The notes below the pieces were generated by a model. That model saw only the letters and a list, made by a program, of their open reading frames with translations. It ran no database searches and had not been told where the DNA came from. A program made the translations under genes and the position numbers. A stretch of 64,000 bases of DNA from an uncultured delta proteobacterium (GTDB lineage: Bacteria > Desulfobacterota > Binatia > UBA9968). The stretch lies in assembly GCA_963771465.1 (NCBI GenBank), contig CAVYTU010000014.1:544001-608000 (forward strand). The letters run 5' to 3'. Positions within the stretch are counted from its first letter, which is position 1. Every line of letters begins with the position of its first letter. This document shows, piece after piece, positions 28,377 to 39,699 of this stretch.

Positions 28377-31097
28377 TCAGAGGTTTTTCGCTAAAGCGGC
28401 TCGGGCTGCAGCGAGCTTAGCGATGGGAACTCGATAGGGCGAGCAGCTTACATAATCGAGTCCGATTTTATGGCAAAAAGCGACGGATTGTGGGTCGCCG
28501 CCATGCTCACCGCAAATACCCATTTCGAGCTGTTTGCGTTTCTTACGACCCTTGGCAACCGCGATTCGCATGAGCGCCCCGACACCATCCTCATCGATGC
28601 TGACGAAGGGATCCGCAGGAATTAACCCTTGAACAACGTAGCTGGGGAGAAACTTGCCTGCGTCGTCGCGGGACAAACCAAGGCAAGTTTGTGTCAAGTC
28701 GTTGGTACCGAAGGAAAAGAACTCTGCTTCCTCGGCGATTTCATCGGCCACCATACACGCCCGCGGCAGCTCGATCATCGTGCCGATCGAATAACGCACT
28801 TTGACACCAAAGGATTTTTGAGTTTCGCGAGCAATTCGTTCGACGATCGCCTTTTGCTCGCGCAATTCTAGGCGCGAACCGACAAGCGGAATCATCACTT
28901 CGGGAAATGGATTTTTCCCCTCGCGCCGCAATTCGCACGAGGCTTCGAAGATCGCTTGTGCCTGCATCTCGGTAATTTCCGGATAAGAGATACCCAAGCG
29001 GCACCCACGATGACCCAGCATAGGGTTAAATTCTTGCAGGACGTTGACTTTGTTCCGCAAGATTTCGAGCGGTACACCCATGACTTGCGCGAGTTCGATC
29101 ACTTCCTGATCACTTTTTGGGAGAAACTCATGCAAGGGCGGATCAAGGGTACGAATGGTCACAGGTAAGCCGCCCATAATCGCGAGAATGGCCTTGAAAT
29201 CTTCCTTCTGCATCGGTAACAGCTTGGCCAACGCACGCCGGCGGCCGGCTTCATCCTCGGCGAGAATCATTTCACGCACAGCTTGAATTCGATCCCCTTG
29301 AAAAAACATATGTTCAGTGCGACATAGACCAATACCCTCGCTGCCGAAGGCCTTGGCGATCCGTGCTTGGTCGGGTTGGTCGGCATTAGTGCGCACCCCG
29401 AGCACACGTACTTCATCAGCCCAGCGCATCAGCTTGGCAAATTGTCGGTAAACCCGCGATTGGTTGTGATCCATGGTTTGGGATACCAACACCTGTAAAA
29501 CTTCCGAGGGCAAGGTCGGAATCTCGCCCTTGATCACCTCGCCGGTGCTACCGTCAAGCGAAATCCACTCGCCCTCTTTGAGTTCGGCATGATCGACGCG
29601 CAGCGTGCGCGCCGCATAATCAATGTGGAGGGTCTCGCAGCCGGCGACGCAAACTTTGCCCATTTGACGCGCAACCAGTGCGGCATGAGAGGTCATGCCG
29701 CCTCGAGCGGTTAAAATGCCTTGGGCGGCGTCCATACCACGGATGTCGTCAGGACTAGTTTCAATGCGGCATAGCACTACACGCTCGCCCCGTTTGTTCC
29801 ACTCAACGGCGTCTTCGGCATGAAAGACAACGCGACCTGTGGCCGCCCCTGGACCCGCCGGTAGTCCTTTCGCGAGTAGACGTCCTTCTTTGTGCGCCAA
29901 TTCTTTTTGTTGCTGGTCGAAAATGGGCCGGAGCAGTTGGTTCAGTTGATCCGGCTCAATACGTTTTAATGCTTCGCACTTATCGATGATCTTCTCGCCA
30001 ACCATATCTACGGCGATTCGCACGGCCGCAAAGCCAGTGCGTTTACCAGTGCGAGTCTGGAGCAGCCAGAGTTTACCTTCCTCAATGGTAAACTCGATGT
30101 CTTGCATTTCACGGTAGTGCCGTTCGAGCAGCTTGGAGACGCGCCTGAGCCCCGCTGCGGCATTGGGCAATGCTTGACTGAGTTCGGCAATCGGCTTTGG
30201 CGTGCGAATACCGGCGACGACATCCTCGCCTTGGGCGTTGATCAAGAACTCACCATAGAAACGTTTCTCGCCGCTGGCGGGGTCGCGCGTAAAAGCGACG
30301 CCAGTCGCGCAGTTCTCGCCCAAATTTCCAAATACCATCGCTTGAACGTTTACGGCCGTTCCCCACTCATGGGGAATTTTATAGAGTTCCCGATACGCGA
30401 TCGCGCGATCATTGTTCCACGAACCGAACACCGCGCCAATTGCGCCCCATAACTGCTCGACGGGATCTTCGGGAAAATTTTTTCCAAGTCGCGTTTTAAT
30501 TTCGCTCTTATACTCCGAGACGAGCTCGGCGAGATCCTTGGCACTGAGTTCCGTATCGATATGCGTCCCGACCGCTTGCTTCTTCCGCTCGAGAATCGAT
30601 TCCAAGGGATCGCTGCCATTCTTGTCCTTGGGCTTAATTCCGAGCACTACGTCGGCGTACATCTGGACGAAGCGACGGTAACTATCGTAAGCGAATCGCG
30701 GATTGTTCGTGCGCCGAATCAATCCTTGAACCGTTTGGTCGTTGAGACCAAGATTTAAGACCGTATCCATCATTCCCGGCATTGACTCGCGGGCTCCCGA
30801 TCGAACTGAAACCAATAGGGGATTATCGGCATTGCCGAAGCTACGGCCGAGAATTTTTTCCACGTCCTCCAACGCCCTGATTACTTGGGCTTTTAACTGT
30901 CGCGGATACTGCCGCTGATGCAAGTAATAATAACTGCAGATCTCGGTGCTGATGGTAAAGCCGGGCGGAACCGGAACACCGATCCGCGTCATTTCATGAA
31001 GACCGGCTCCCTTGCCGCCGAGCAGCTCGCGCATTTTTGCGTTGCCTTGGGCCTTGCCGTTTCCAAAAAAGAAAACGTGTTTATTCTTATTCGGCAT
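28377..31097 (-). CDS. ppdK: Pyruvate, phosphate dikinase
   Basis: LLGGKG, SVRSGA..SMPGMMDT, GGMTSHAA, GLCRTEHMF, SFGTNDLTQ, GICGEHGG. Confidence 0.97.
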   Translation of the reverse strand: MPNKNKHVFFFGNGKAQGNAKMRELLGGKGAGLHEMTRIGVPVPPGFTISTEICSYYYLHQRQYPRQLKAQVIRALEDVEKILGRSFGNADNPLLVSVRSGARESMPGMMDTVLNLGLNDQTVQGLIRRTNNPRFAYDSYRRFVQMYADVVLGIKPKDKNGSDPLESILERKKQAVGTHIDTELSAKDLAELVSEYKSEIKTRLGKNFPEDPVEQLWGAIGAVFGSWNNDRAIAYRELYKIPHEWGTAVNVQAMVFGNLGENCATGVAFTRDPASGEKRFYGEFLINAQGEDVVAGIRTPKPIAELSQALPNAAAGLRRVSKLLERHYREMQDIEFTIEEGKLWLLQTRTGKRTGFAAVRIAVDMVGEKIIDKCEALKRIEPDQLNQLLRPIFDQQQKELAHKEGRLLAKGLPAGPGAATGRVVFHAEDAVEWNKRGERVVLCRIETSPDDIRGMDAAQGILTARGGMTSHAALVARQMGKVCVAGCETLHIDYAARTLRVDHAELKEGEWISLDGSTGEVIKGEIPTLPSEVLQVLVSQTMDHNQSRVYRQFAKLMRWADEVRVLGVRTNADQPDQARIAKAFGSEGIGLCRTEHMFFQGDRIQAVREMILAEDEAGRRRALAKLLPMQKEDFKAILAIMGGLPVTIRTLDPPLHEFLPKSDQEVIELAQVMGVPLEILRNKVNVLQEFNPMLGHRGCRLGISYPEITEMQAQAIFEASCELRREGKNPFPEVMIPLVGSRLELREQKAIVERIARETQKSFGVKVRYSIGTMIELPRACMVADEIAEEAEFFSFGTNDLTQTCLGLSRDDAGKFLPSYVVQGLIPADPFVSIDEDGVGALMRIAVAKGRKKRKQLEMGICGEHGGDPQSVAFCHKIGLDYVSCSPYRVPIAKLAAARAALAKNL

Positions 31098-31160
31098 GCC
31101 GTCTACTCCAAATCATGTTTCAGGCTCGCTCGGCATGAACTCCGTGCGGAATGAACGCAC

Positions 31161-31943
31161 TTAGTTCGTGCCCAAATCTGCAGACGAGAATTGATCCAGG
31201 AAAGCCAACGATTTAATTTCGCGATCCATATGAAACTGGACGAAGCGCTGGGTTACAGCGCGCATCTCTTTAATAACTGAAAACGGCAGTGACAATGATT
31301 CGGGCAGCGCATCGGATTCCGACTGCAGTGCAGCTAATACTTCAACTGCTCTGGTACCGAGCGGCAGAGTTTCGCGCCGGGAACCGGCACAGGAGTCGCA
31401 TAAAATGCCGCCGTCGATAAAGCTAAAGTGCCACTGGCGGGAAATCTTATTGGGACAGTCTGTGCGGCAGCGTTTACAGTTGTCCAACACCGGCTGATAA
31501 CCCACCAAGCGCAACAGTTTTAGCTCAAATGACGTCAGAAATCTTAGCGATGTACCGCGCTCTTCCAAGTAGCGTAAGCTATCCCGTAGAAGACGATAGA
31601 CGGCGAGATTCTCCTGCCGTTCACTGATCAAGCCGTCGGTGATTTCAACCAGATACGCCGCATGGCACATGCGTTCCAAGCTGGTCGATAATTGACGGTA
31701 GCCAAGAAGCAACTCAGCGGCTAAAATGAATGCTAAACTGTTCTGAGGTCGGTCTTGGAAGCGCAGGCTCACTAAAGCAAAGGGTTCCAGGGAGTTCACA
31801 AACCGTCTGCGCGAGCGCATCGCGCCCTTCGCGATACCGGTGACTTTGCCGAAGTCCTCAGTTATGAAAGAGACAATTTTATCGGCTTCACCATAAGGAC
31901 GGGTGCGTAAAACTATCGCCGAGGTCACGGAGTTGGGACGCAT
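31161..31943 (-). CDS. recO: DNA repair protein RecO
   Basis: AIVLRTRPYGEADKIV, GIAKGA.RS.RRF, Zn motif CxxC...CxxC. Confidence 0.93.
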   Translation of the reverse strand: MRPNSVTSAIVLRTRPYGEADKIVSFITEDFGKVTGIAKGAMRSRRRFVNSLEPFALVSLRFQDRPQNSLAFILAAELLLGYRQLSTSLERMCHAAYLVEITDGLISERQENLAVYRLLRDSLRYLEERGTSLRFLTSFELKLLRLVGYQPVLDNCKRCRTDCPNKISRQWHFSFIDGGILCDSCAGSRRETLPLGTRAVEVLAALQSESDALPESLSLPFSVIKEMRAVTQRFVQFHMDREIKSLAFLDQFSSADLGTN

Positions 31944-32040
31944 ATTGGGTTGAGTGGCGGACGTTATTTACGGCACCCTACCATTTTTTATGAACTCAGA
32001 CAACTATTTAAAATATCAGGGGTTTTTTAATTAGAAAAAC

Positions 32041-32069
32041 TTGACACGTAATTCTATCGTGATTACGTT
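32041..32069 (+). promoter_or_regulatory. grpE-dnaK promoter
   Basis: TTGACA-N12-GTGATTACGTT; same architecture upstream of lon. Confidence 0.6.
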
Positions 32070-32102
32070 ACGACGACTACGGAGTGGAGTGACAAGCATA
32101 AC

Positions 32103-32726
32103 ATGACTGATGAAACGAAAATAATTGGCTCGGAATTCGACGCGGAGCAGCCAGCCACGGAATCAGCGCCGCTCGAAAACCAAGCTCCCGGGGAAGGTGA
32201 GCTCGCCAGCCTGCGCGAGCAACTGGAAGCGAAAGAGCAAGAAGCCAAGAATAACTATGATCGATATGTTCGACAAGTAGCCGAAGCGGAGAATTTCAAG
32301 AAGCGAAACGCGCGCGAGCGCGACGATGCCATTCGCTTTGCTAACGAAGCCTTGCTCAAAGATCTGCTACCGATCATCGATAACTTGGAGCGGGCGATCG
32401 CCCACGCCGCTGGGAGTAACGACGGCAACTCTCTGGTCGCAGGCGTGGAAATGATTTTAAAAGGATTCCTCGATGTCTTGAACAAATTTGGCGTCTGTCA
32501 AATTTCCGCCGTCGGCCAACCCTTCGATCCCGCCAAACATGAAGCGATGGCGCAGGTGGAATCCGTCGAGCACCCGCCCAATGTGGTTATGAATGAGCTT
32601 CACAGAGGCTACATGTTTCGCGACCGGCTGCTTCGCCCAACCCTGGTAAGTGTATCTAAAGCGCCAGAAACAAAAGAGAAAAAAAACGACGGCGATCAGG
32701 TTGAAAACGGCTCAAGCGATGATTAA
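32103..32726 (+). CDS. grpE: Nucleotide exchange factor GrpE
   Basis: AEAENFKKR, DLLPIIDNLERA, FDPAKHEA, GY...RLLRP..V.V. Confidence 0.96.
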   Translation: MTDETKIIGSEFDAEQPATESAPLENQAPGEGELASLREQLEAKEQEAKNNYDRYVRQVAEAENFKKRNARERDDAIRFANEALLKDLLPIIDNLERAIAHAAGSNDGNSLVAGVEMILKGFLDVLNKFGVCQISAVGQPFDPAKHEAMAQVESVEHPPNVVMNELHRGYMFRDRLLRPTLVSVSKAPETKEKKNDGDQVENGSSDD

Positions 32727-32775
32727 ATAACTTTCGTTCGTACCTAGTGTGCAATAGTATCGAGGAGTAAATAAG

Positions 32776-34698
32776 ATGGCAAAAGTTATCGGGATCGACC
32801 TCGGGACAACCAATTCCTGCGTTGCAATCATGGATACTGGCGACCCCAATGTCCTCGCCAACTCCGAAGGCAGTCGCACGACTCCGTCGGTGGTCGCCTT
32901 CACGGACAGCGGCGAGCGCTTGGTCGGCCAAATCGCCCGTCGGCAGGCGATCACCAACCCGGAGAATACCGTCTCCGCGGTTAAACGTTTGATAGGCCGA
33001 CGTAGCGATGACGCCATGGTGCAGAAGGCCAGCAACCTGCTTCCGTATAAGATTATCCGTAATGATAATGGTGACGCCTGGGTCGAGATTCGCGGCAAAG
33101 GTTATAGTCCGGCGGAGATTTCCGCCTTTATCTTGCAAAAAATGAAGCAGACGGCGGAAGATTATCTCGGCGAGAAAGTGACCGAGGCCGTCATCACAGT
33201 GCCCGCCTATTTTAACGACAGCCAAAGACAGGCGACTAAGGATGCGGGGCGTATTGCAGGATTGAACGTTCTCCGAATCATTAATGAACCCACGGCAGCG
33301 TCCCTGGCCTACGGGTTAGACAAAAAGAAAGATGAAAAGATCGCTGTTTTCGATCTCGGCGGCGGCACCTTCGATATTTCTATTCTTGAATTAGGCGAAG
33401 GCGTTTTTGAAGTTAAAGCGACCAACGGCGATACGTTTCTTGGCGGCGAAGATTTCGACCAAAGAGTCATCGATTATCTCGCCGACGAGTTCAAGAAAGA
33501 CCAAGGCATCGATCTGCGCAAAGATCGCATGGCGCTGCAGCGGCTCAAAGAGGCGGCCGAGAAAGCGAAGTGCGAGCTTTCCTCGTCGATGGAAACCGAC
33601 ATCAATTTGCCCTTCGTCACGGCAGACCAGTCGGGTCCGAAGCATCTCAACATGAAGCTTACCCGGTCCAAGCTCGAAGCGCTGTGCGCCGACTTGATCG
33701 ATCGCACCGAAGGTCCGTGCCGCCAAGCGTTAAAAGACGCCGGCTTGAGTGCGAGTGACATTCACGAAGTCATTCTTGTCGGCGGTATGATCCGTATGCC
33801 CGCGGTGCAGGAGCGAGTTAAGAAGATTTTCGGTAAGGAGCCGCACAAAGGTGTAAACCCCGATGAGGTCGTTGCCGTCGGCGCGGCGATTCAAGGCGCG
33901 GTGCTTAAGGGCGACGTCAAAGATGTCTTGCTCTTGGACGTAACCCCGCTCTCCCTCGGAATTGAAACTCTGGGTGGCGTATTCACGAAGTTGATCGAAC
34001 GCAACACCACGATCCCGACCAAAAAGAGCCAAGTATTTTCCACGGCGCAGGACAATCAGTCAGCCGTATCGATTCGGGTTTTCCAAGGCGAACGAGAAAT
34101 GGCCGTCGATAATAAACTTCTCGGCCAGTTTGATCTCGTCGGCATTCCAGTGGCCCAGCGGGGCGTGCCGCAGATTGAAGTTACATTCGATATCGATGCC
34201 AACGGCATCGTTCACGTCGCGGCGAAGGATCTCGGCACCGGCAAAGAACAGTCGATCAAGATCACGGCGTCGAGCGGCTTGAGCGAAGAAGAAATTAAGA
34301 AAATGGTCGGCGAGGCTGAGGTGCACGCGGCTGAGGATAAGAAACGTAAAGACACGGTCGAAGCTCGTAACCAGCTCGACTCGTTGGTGTACTCCACCGA
34401 GAAATCGCTCAATGAATACGGCGGCGATCTCGATGCCGGGGTTAAGGAAAATATTGAGGCGGCGCTCAAGAAGGCTAAGGAAGTTTTAGAAGGCCAAGAC
34501 GCTGACGCGATGCGCAAAGCGGCGGCGGACCTTAGCGAGTCTTCGCACAAGCTCGCCGAAGCGATGTACGCTAAGGCTTCACAACAACAGGCGCCGCAGC
34601 AACAAGCGGAAGAAAAACCGGAAGAAAAGAATTCTAGCGCCGGCGGCAAAAAGAAAGACGACGTGGTCGACGCCGATTTCACTGAGGTTAAGGAATAG
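32776..34698 (+). CDS. dnaK: Chaperone DnaK
   Basis: [23 protein letters not shown]. Confidence 0.99.
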   Translation: MAKVIGIDLGTTNSCVAIMDTGDPNVLANSEGSRTTPSVVAFTDSGERLVGQIARRQAITNPENTVSAVKRLIGRRSDDAMVQKASNLLPYKIIRNDNGDAWVEIRGKGYSPAEISAFILQKMKQTAEDYLGEKVTEAVITVPAYFNDSQRQATKDAGRIAGLNVLRIINEPTAASLAYGLDKKKDEKIAVFDLGGGTFDISILELGEGVFEVKATNGDTFLGGEDFDQRVIDYLADEFKKDQGIDLRKDRMALQRLKEAAEKAKCELSSSMETDINLPFVTADQSGPKHLNMKLTRSKLEALCADLIDRTEGPCRQALKDAGLSASDIHEVILVGGMIRMPAVQERVKKIFGKEPHKGVNPDEVVAVGAAIQGAVLKGDVKDVLLLDVTPLSLGIETLGGVFTKLIERNTTIPTKKSQVFSTAQDNQSAVSIRVFQGEREMAVDNKLLGQFDLVGIPVAQRGVPQIEVTFDIDANGIVHVAAKDLGTGKEQSIKITASSGLSEEEIKKMVGEAEVHAAEDKKRKDTVEARNQLDSLVYSTEKSLNEYGGDLDAGVKENIEAALKKAKEVLEGQDADAMRKAAADLSESSHKLAEAMYAKASQQQAPQQQAEEKPEEKNSSAGGKKKDDVVDADFTEVKE

Positions 34699-34725
34699 TC
34701 AGCGCCGGAACGCGAAAAACTTGAT

Positions 34726-34770
34726 CGGCAAAGCCCCTACTCCTGATTCTTGGGGAGAGGGGCTTTGTCG
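34726..34770 (+). terminator. Hairpin between dnaK and dnaJ
   Basis: CGGCAAAGCCCCT...AGGGGCTTTGTCG. Confidence 0.7.
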
Positions 34771-34805
34771 CTTATACCGCTAGAGATAAATTCAGGGGTT
34801 GGCAC

Positions 34806-35918
34806 TTGAGCAGCAAGAAAGACTACTACGAGCTACTCGGCGTCGGGCGAACGGTTGGCGAAGAGGAGATGAAGAAAGCCTACCGGAAAATGGCGCTCCA
34901 ATACCATCCCGATCGTAATCCTGGAGACAAACAAGCCGAAGAAAAATTCAAAGAAGTTTCTGAAGCCTACTCGGTTCTGTCCGACCCTCAGAAGCGCTCG
35001 CAGTACGATCAGTTTGGTCATGCCGCGTTCGGCGAGCATGGACCGTTTGCCGGCGGCTTCGAATTTTCCGGTGGTTTTGAGGATATTTTCGGCGATATCT
35101 TCGGTGAGTTTTTCGGTGGCGGCCAAGGACGTCGCCGTGGCCGCGGTCGCGGCGAAGACCTGCGCTACAACCTAACGCTCAAATTCGAAGAAGCAGTTGC
35201 CGGCACAGAAAAGAAAATCAAAATTCCCCGCCACGGCACCTGCGAGACCTGCCGCGGCAACGGTGCGAAGCCGGGAACGGCGCCGCAAACTTGTCCAACT
35301 TGTCGTGGCCGCGGTCAAGTGAATTTTCAGCAGGGCTTCTTCAGTGTGTCGCGAACCTGCAACCAGTGCCAAGGTCAGGGATCGATTATCAAGGACGCTT
35401 GCGCGACTTGCGGCGGCGCCGGCCGCGTGCGCACGATGCATACGCTCAGCGTGAAGATTCCCGCCGGGGTCGACAACGGCTCCCGGCTAAAACTTCGTGG
35501 TGAAGGTGAATCGGCGCCGGTGGGCGGCGCTGCCGGTGATCTCTATGTTGTGACTCAGGTAGAGCCCCATCCGATTTTTCTGCGCGACAACTTGGACATC
35601 ATTTGCGACGTGCCGATCAGCTTTGTCCAAGCAGCGTTGGGCGCTGAAATTGACGTACCTACATTAGACGGCAAAGTAAAGATGAAGATTCCGGCTGCGA
35701 CACAGTCGGGCAAAATCTTTCGCATGAAAGGCAAGGGTGTCAAAGACGTGCAGGGATTTCAGCAGGGCGATCAACATGTCCGGGTGACAGTTGAAACGCC
35801 GACCCATCTCACGGCCAAGCAGAAAGAGCTGTTGAAGGAATTCGCCGCCCTCGGCGGCGAAGAGGTCAATCCGCTCGCCAAAGGCTTCTTTGATAAGATG
35901 AAGGAATTGTTCGGTTAG
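34806..35918 (+). CDS. dnaJ: Chaperone DnaJ
   Basis: HPD J-domain, G/F region, four CxxCxGxG. Confidence 0.98.
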   Translation: MSSKKDYYELLGVGRTVGEEEMKKAYRKMALQYHPDRNPGDKQAEEKFKEVSEAYSVLSDPQKRSQYDQFGHAAFGEHGPFAGGFEFSGGFEDIFGDIFGEFFGGGQGRRRGRGRGEDLRYNLTLKFEEAVAGTEKKIKIPRHGTCETCRGNGAKPGTAPQTCPTCRGRGQVNFQQGFFSVSRTCNQCQGQGSIIKDACATCGGAGRVRTMHTLSVKIPAGVDNGSRLKLRGEGESAPVGGAAGDLYVVTQVEPHPIFLRDNLDIICDVPISFVQAALGAEIDVPTLDGKVKMKIPAATQSGKIFRMKGKGVKDVQGFQQGDQHVRVTVETPTHLTAKQKELLKEFAALGGEEVNPLAKGFFDKMKELFG

Positions 35919-36014
35919 TACTTTACCTCGCCGGGTGATCCATTCTCCCTCGATTCAAAATTCTACCGCTCGGCTCCTTAATTGTAAGAATCTGCTCTGC
36001 CGGCCAGTTTCTTG

Positions 36015-36043
36015 TTGACCTATCGTATCGCTGTGATTAAGTT
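36015..36043 (+). promoter_or_regulatory. lon promoter
   Basis: TTGACC-N12-GTGATTAAGTT. Confidence 0.55.
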
Positions 36044-36063
36044 GACCCAGCATTGGAGCCAAA

Positions 36064-38565
36064 ATGAGCGAAACCGAATGGAAAGTTGAAAGTCCGGACA
36101 ATAAGGGCACACAGGTCGATATTCCCGAGATCCTGCCGCTCTTGCCGATCCGCGATATCGTCATTTATCCATACATGATGCTGCCGCTCTTCGTTGGCCG
36201 CGACGTGTCGATTCGCGCCGTTGAAGAAGCGTTGTCGCGCGACCGTTTGATCTTTCTCGTGTCGCAGAAAAATTCCGCCGAGGAGAATCCCACTCCCAAC
36301 GACATCCATAAAGTCGGCACCATCGCCTCAATCATGCGCATGCTCAAGCTCGCCGACGGCCGGGTGAAAATTCTTGTCCAAGGGTTGGCCAAAGGGGAAG
36401 TGGACAGCTATCTGCGTGAGCGGCCGTTCTTCGAAATCAAAATTCGCAAAGTGATCGAGCCGACGCTCGCCGAGGTACCGATCGAAGTTGAAGCGCTCAT
36501 GCGGACGGCGAAAGAAAAGATCGAACAAATCCTCAATCTCAAGAACCTACCGCCGGAAATCGTCATGGTGACCGACAACATCAGCGATCCCGGCGTGTTG
36601 GCGGATTTGGTCGCGTCCAACCTACGGCTGAAGATCGAAGAGAGCCAGGCGATCCTTGAAGTCTTCGATCCCATCGAACGGTTGAAGAAAGTCAACGAAC
36701 TGCTCACGCGCGAGCTCGAACTCTCGACGATGCAGGCGCGCATCCAAAATCAGGCCAAAGAAGAGATGAGCAAAACTCAGCGCGATTACTTCCTGCGCGA
36801 GCAGCTCAAACAGATTCAGCAAGAACTTGGCGAAGGCGATGAGCGCGCTGAAGAACTCGGCGAGCTCAAAAAGCAGATCGACAAGGCGAAGATGCCGACC
36901 GAGGTCAAGCGCGAAGCGGACAAGCAGCTACGCCGGCTCGAACAGATGCATCCAGAATCCTCCGAGGCATCGCTCGTGCGTACCTATCTCGACTGGCTGG
37001 TGGACTTGCCATGGAGCAAGAAGACCAAAGATAATTTGAACATCAAGAAAGCCAAACAGGTGCTCGACGAAGATCATTACAATCTGGAAAAGATCAAAGA
37101 ACGCATTCTGGAATATCTCGCCGTCAATAAGCTCCGCCGCAAGATCAAAGGACCGATCTTATGTTTCGTTGGCCCGCCGGGCGTCGGCAAAACCTCGCTG
37201 GGGCGCTCCATCGCCCGCGCCCTCGGACGCAATTTCGTGCGCGTTTCCCTCGGCGGGGTGCGCGACGAGGCGGAGATTCGCGGCCACCGGCGCACCTACG
37301 TCGGCGCGCTTCCCGGTCGCGTGATTCAAGGCATCAAACAAGCTGGATCGAATAATCCAGTTTTTATGCTCGACGAGATCGACAAAGTCGGCGCCGATTT
37401 TCGCGGCGATCCGTCCGCGGCATTGCTGGAAGTATTGGATCCCGAGCAGAACCACGCCTTCAGCGATCACTATTTGAATTTGCCCTTCGATCTGTCCAAT
37501 GTTCTGTTTATCTGCACCGCCAACCTGCTCGATCCCGTACCGGCAGCGTTGGCCGATCGTATGGAAGTCATTCAACTTTCCGGCTACACCAACGAAGAAA
37601 AACTGGAGATCGCGCGGAAATTCTTGATTCCGCGCCAGTTTGACGACAACGGCATCACGCCAAAATACTTGGAAATCTCCAACGACGCCTTACTGCGCGT
37701 CATCGCCGAATACACGAAAGAAGCTGGTTTGAGAAATCTCGAACGGGAACTCGCGTCGATCTGCCGCAAAATCGCGCGCAAGGTCGCCGAGGGAAAAACC
37801 GATCTCACCCGGCTGACCCGCGGCAATCTGCACATGTTCCTCGGCGCACCGAGGTTCTTACCGGAGGCGGAGCAAGAGCATAATGAAATCGGCGTGGCCA
37901 CCGGGCTCGCCTGGACTAGCACCGGCGGCGAGATTCTCTACGTGGAAGCATCGCTGTCGCGCGGGCGCGGCAATCTAACCCTTACCGGGCAGCTTGGCGA
38001 CGTTATGAAAGAGTCGGCGCAAGCGGCCGTGAGTTATGCCCGCGCGCACGCTAAGAAACTTGGTATCGAGGAAGATTTTTATCAGAAACTCGACATTCAT
38101 ATCCATGTGCCGGCCGGCGCGATTCCCAAGGACGGACCGTCGGCAGGCATCACCATGGCGACGGCGCTGATTTCAGCGTTAACCCGCCGACCTGTGCGCC
38201 GCGATGTGGCGATGACGGGCGAAATCACGCTCCGTGGACGAGTGCTGCCGATCGGCGGACTCAAGGAAAAATCCTTGGCGGCGTTCCGGGCCGGAATGAA
38301 AACGATCGTGATTCCCGATCGCAATGAAAAAGATTTGGATGAGATTCCCAAACCGTTACGGCGAAAACTCAAGTGGGTGATCGCCGAGCATATGTCCGAT
38401 GTATTGAAGAACGCGCTGCTGGATCGAGAACGAGTAGCGAGCCGCGTCACGCGTACGCTTGCCGGTAAAAAGAAGACGGTCGCGGCGAAACGAAAGCTCG
38501 CCGCGAAAAGCCACCGCCCGCTGCGTAAACCACACAAAGAGCGGCGGATTCCGATTCAGCCTTAA
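36064..38565 (+). CDS. lon: Lon protease
   Basis: [31 protein letters not shown]. Confidence 0.98.
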   Translation: MSETEWKVESPDNKGTQVDIPEILPLLPIRDIVIYPYMMLPLFVGRDVSIRAVEEALSRDRLIFLVSQKNSAEENPTPNDIHKVGTIASIMRMLKLADGRVKILVQGLAKGEVDSYLRERPFFEIKIRKVIEPTLAEVPIEVEALMRTAKEKIEQILNLKNLPPEIVMVTDNISDPGVLADLVASNLRLKIEESQAILEVFDPIERLKKVNELLTRELELSTMQARIQNQAKEEMSKTQRDYFLREQLKQIQQELGEGDERAEELGELKKQIDKAKMPTEVKREADKQLRRLEQMHPESSEASLVRTYLDWLVDLPWSKKTKDNLNIKKAKQVLDEDHYNLEKIKERILEYLAVNKLRRKIKGPILCFVGPPGVGKTSLGRSIARALGRNFVRVSLGGVRDEAEIRGHRRTYVGALPGRVIQGIKQAGSNNPVFMLDEIDKVGADFRGDPSAALLEVLDPEQNHAFSDHYLNLPFDLSNVLFICTANLLDPVPAALADRMEVIQLSGYTNEEKLEIARKFLIPRQFDDNGITPKYLEISNDALLRVIAEYTKEAGLRNLERELASICRKIARKVAEGKTDLTRLTRGNLHMFLGAPRFLPEAEQEHNEIGVATGLAWTSTGGEILYVEASLSRGRGNLTLTGQLGDVMKESAQAAVSYARAHAKKLGIEEDFYQKLDIHIHVPAGAIPKDGPSAGITMATALISALTRRPVRRDVAMTGEITLRGRVLPIGGLKEKSLAAFRAGMKTIVIPDRNEKDLDEIPKPLRRKLKWVIAEHMSDVLKNALLDRERVASRVTRTLAGKKKTVAAKRKLAAKSHRPLRKPHKERRIPIQP

Positions 38566-38632
38566 CAACAACCAAGGCTATTCTGCTATCGCTCAGAATT
38601 TTAATCGCCGTCGCACCTCTTAACCCACAGCG

Positions 38633-39622
38633 ATGAAGCTCAGCCGGCTCGGAGAATTCGGTCTGATCGAGCGAATCCGCCGCAGCGCGCCGACTCGGCG
38701 CGGCGTGCGCATCGGCATCGGCGATGACGCCGCTTGGGTCAGCCATGGGTCTGGATCGTCGCTGATCACCGCCGATCTGTTAATCGAAGGCATTCACTTC
38801 GATCTCAACTGGACTTCGCTCTTCGCCCTTGGCCACAAATCCCTCGCGGTTAACTTAAGCGACATCGCCGCCATGGGTGGAACGCCGGCTTATGCGGTTC
38901 TCTCCCTTGGTATTCCGCGCCATTTTGATAGCAAGCAGATCGACGAGTTTTATCGCGGCTTCAACGCGCTGGCAAAAAAATCGGACGTAGCGCTGATTGG
39001 CGGCGATACGAATATGGCCAAATCGCTAATCATCTCGGTTTGCGTTATCGGTCATCCGCCGCTTCGCCCGGTTCGCCGCAGCGGCGCCAAAGTTGGTGAT
39101 GATGTTTATGTCACCGGCACCTTAGGCGATTCCGCGCTTGGCTTAAAACTCGTACGCCAGAAACCAAGCCGGGCAAAGCGGATTTCAATTGCGCAATTGC
39201 TCGCGCGGCACCATCAACCGGCACCTCGACTTGCCGCCGGCGCACTACTGGCACGGCGCCATCTGGCCACGGCGATGATCGATATCAGCGATGGATTGCT
39301 CCAAGACTTAGGGCATATTTGCAAAGCCAGCAACACTGGAGCGGCGATTTGGCATGAACAATTGCCGCTTTCTCGTGCCTATCGTAAGTTTGCCGCTAAA
39401 GATGGCACTGTTTGGGCGCTCTGCGGCGGTGAGGACTATGAACTGCTGTTCTGCGCTCGGCGGCGCGCTCGCGCGCAGATTGAGAAGTTGCAAGCACTTG
39501 CCCGAGTCAAATTCACGAGAATCGGCAGCTGCGTTCCGGCCAATCAGCGAATCACGATACTCGATCACGGTGGCAACCCTTTGCCACTGCCGATTAAAGG
39601 TCACGATCATTTCAAAAAATAG
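38633..39622 (+). CDS. thiL: Thiamine-monophosphate kinase
   Basis: GEFGLI, GIGDDAA, NLSDIAAMG, DISDG, GGEDYEL. Confidence 0.95.
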   Translation: MKLSRLGEFGLIERIRRSAPTRRGVRIGIGDDAAWVSHGSGSSLITADLLIEGIHFDLNWTSLFALGHKSLAVNLSDIAAMGGTPAYAVLSLGIPRHFDSKQIDEFYRGFNALAKKSDVALIGGDTNMAKSLIISVCVIGHPPLRPVRRSGAKVGDDVYVTGTLGDSALGLKLVRQKPSRAKRISIAQLLARHHQPAPRLAAGALLARRHLATAMIDISDGLLQDLGHICKASNTGAAIWHEQLPLSRAYRKFAAKDGTVWALCGGEDYELLFCARRRARAQIEKLQALARVKFTRIGSCVPANQRITILDHGGNPLPLPIKGHDHFKK

Positions 39623-39699
39623 TAGCCCACCGATGGAATAACGTTTAGACTATTTTCCGAGCAGCTCTATATCGATTCCATCGCCAAACCCGTAATTAA

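Noticed and set aside
31944-32102. CIRCE operator upstream of grpE
   Set aside because: No TTAGCACTC-N9-GAGTGCTAA repeat is present.
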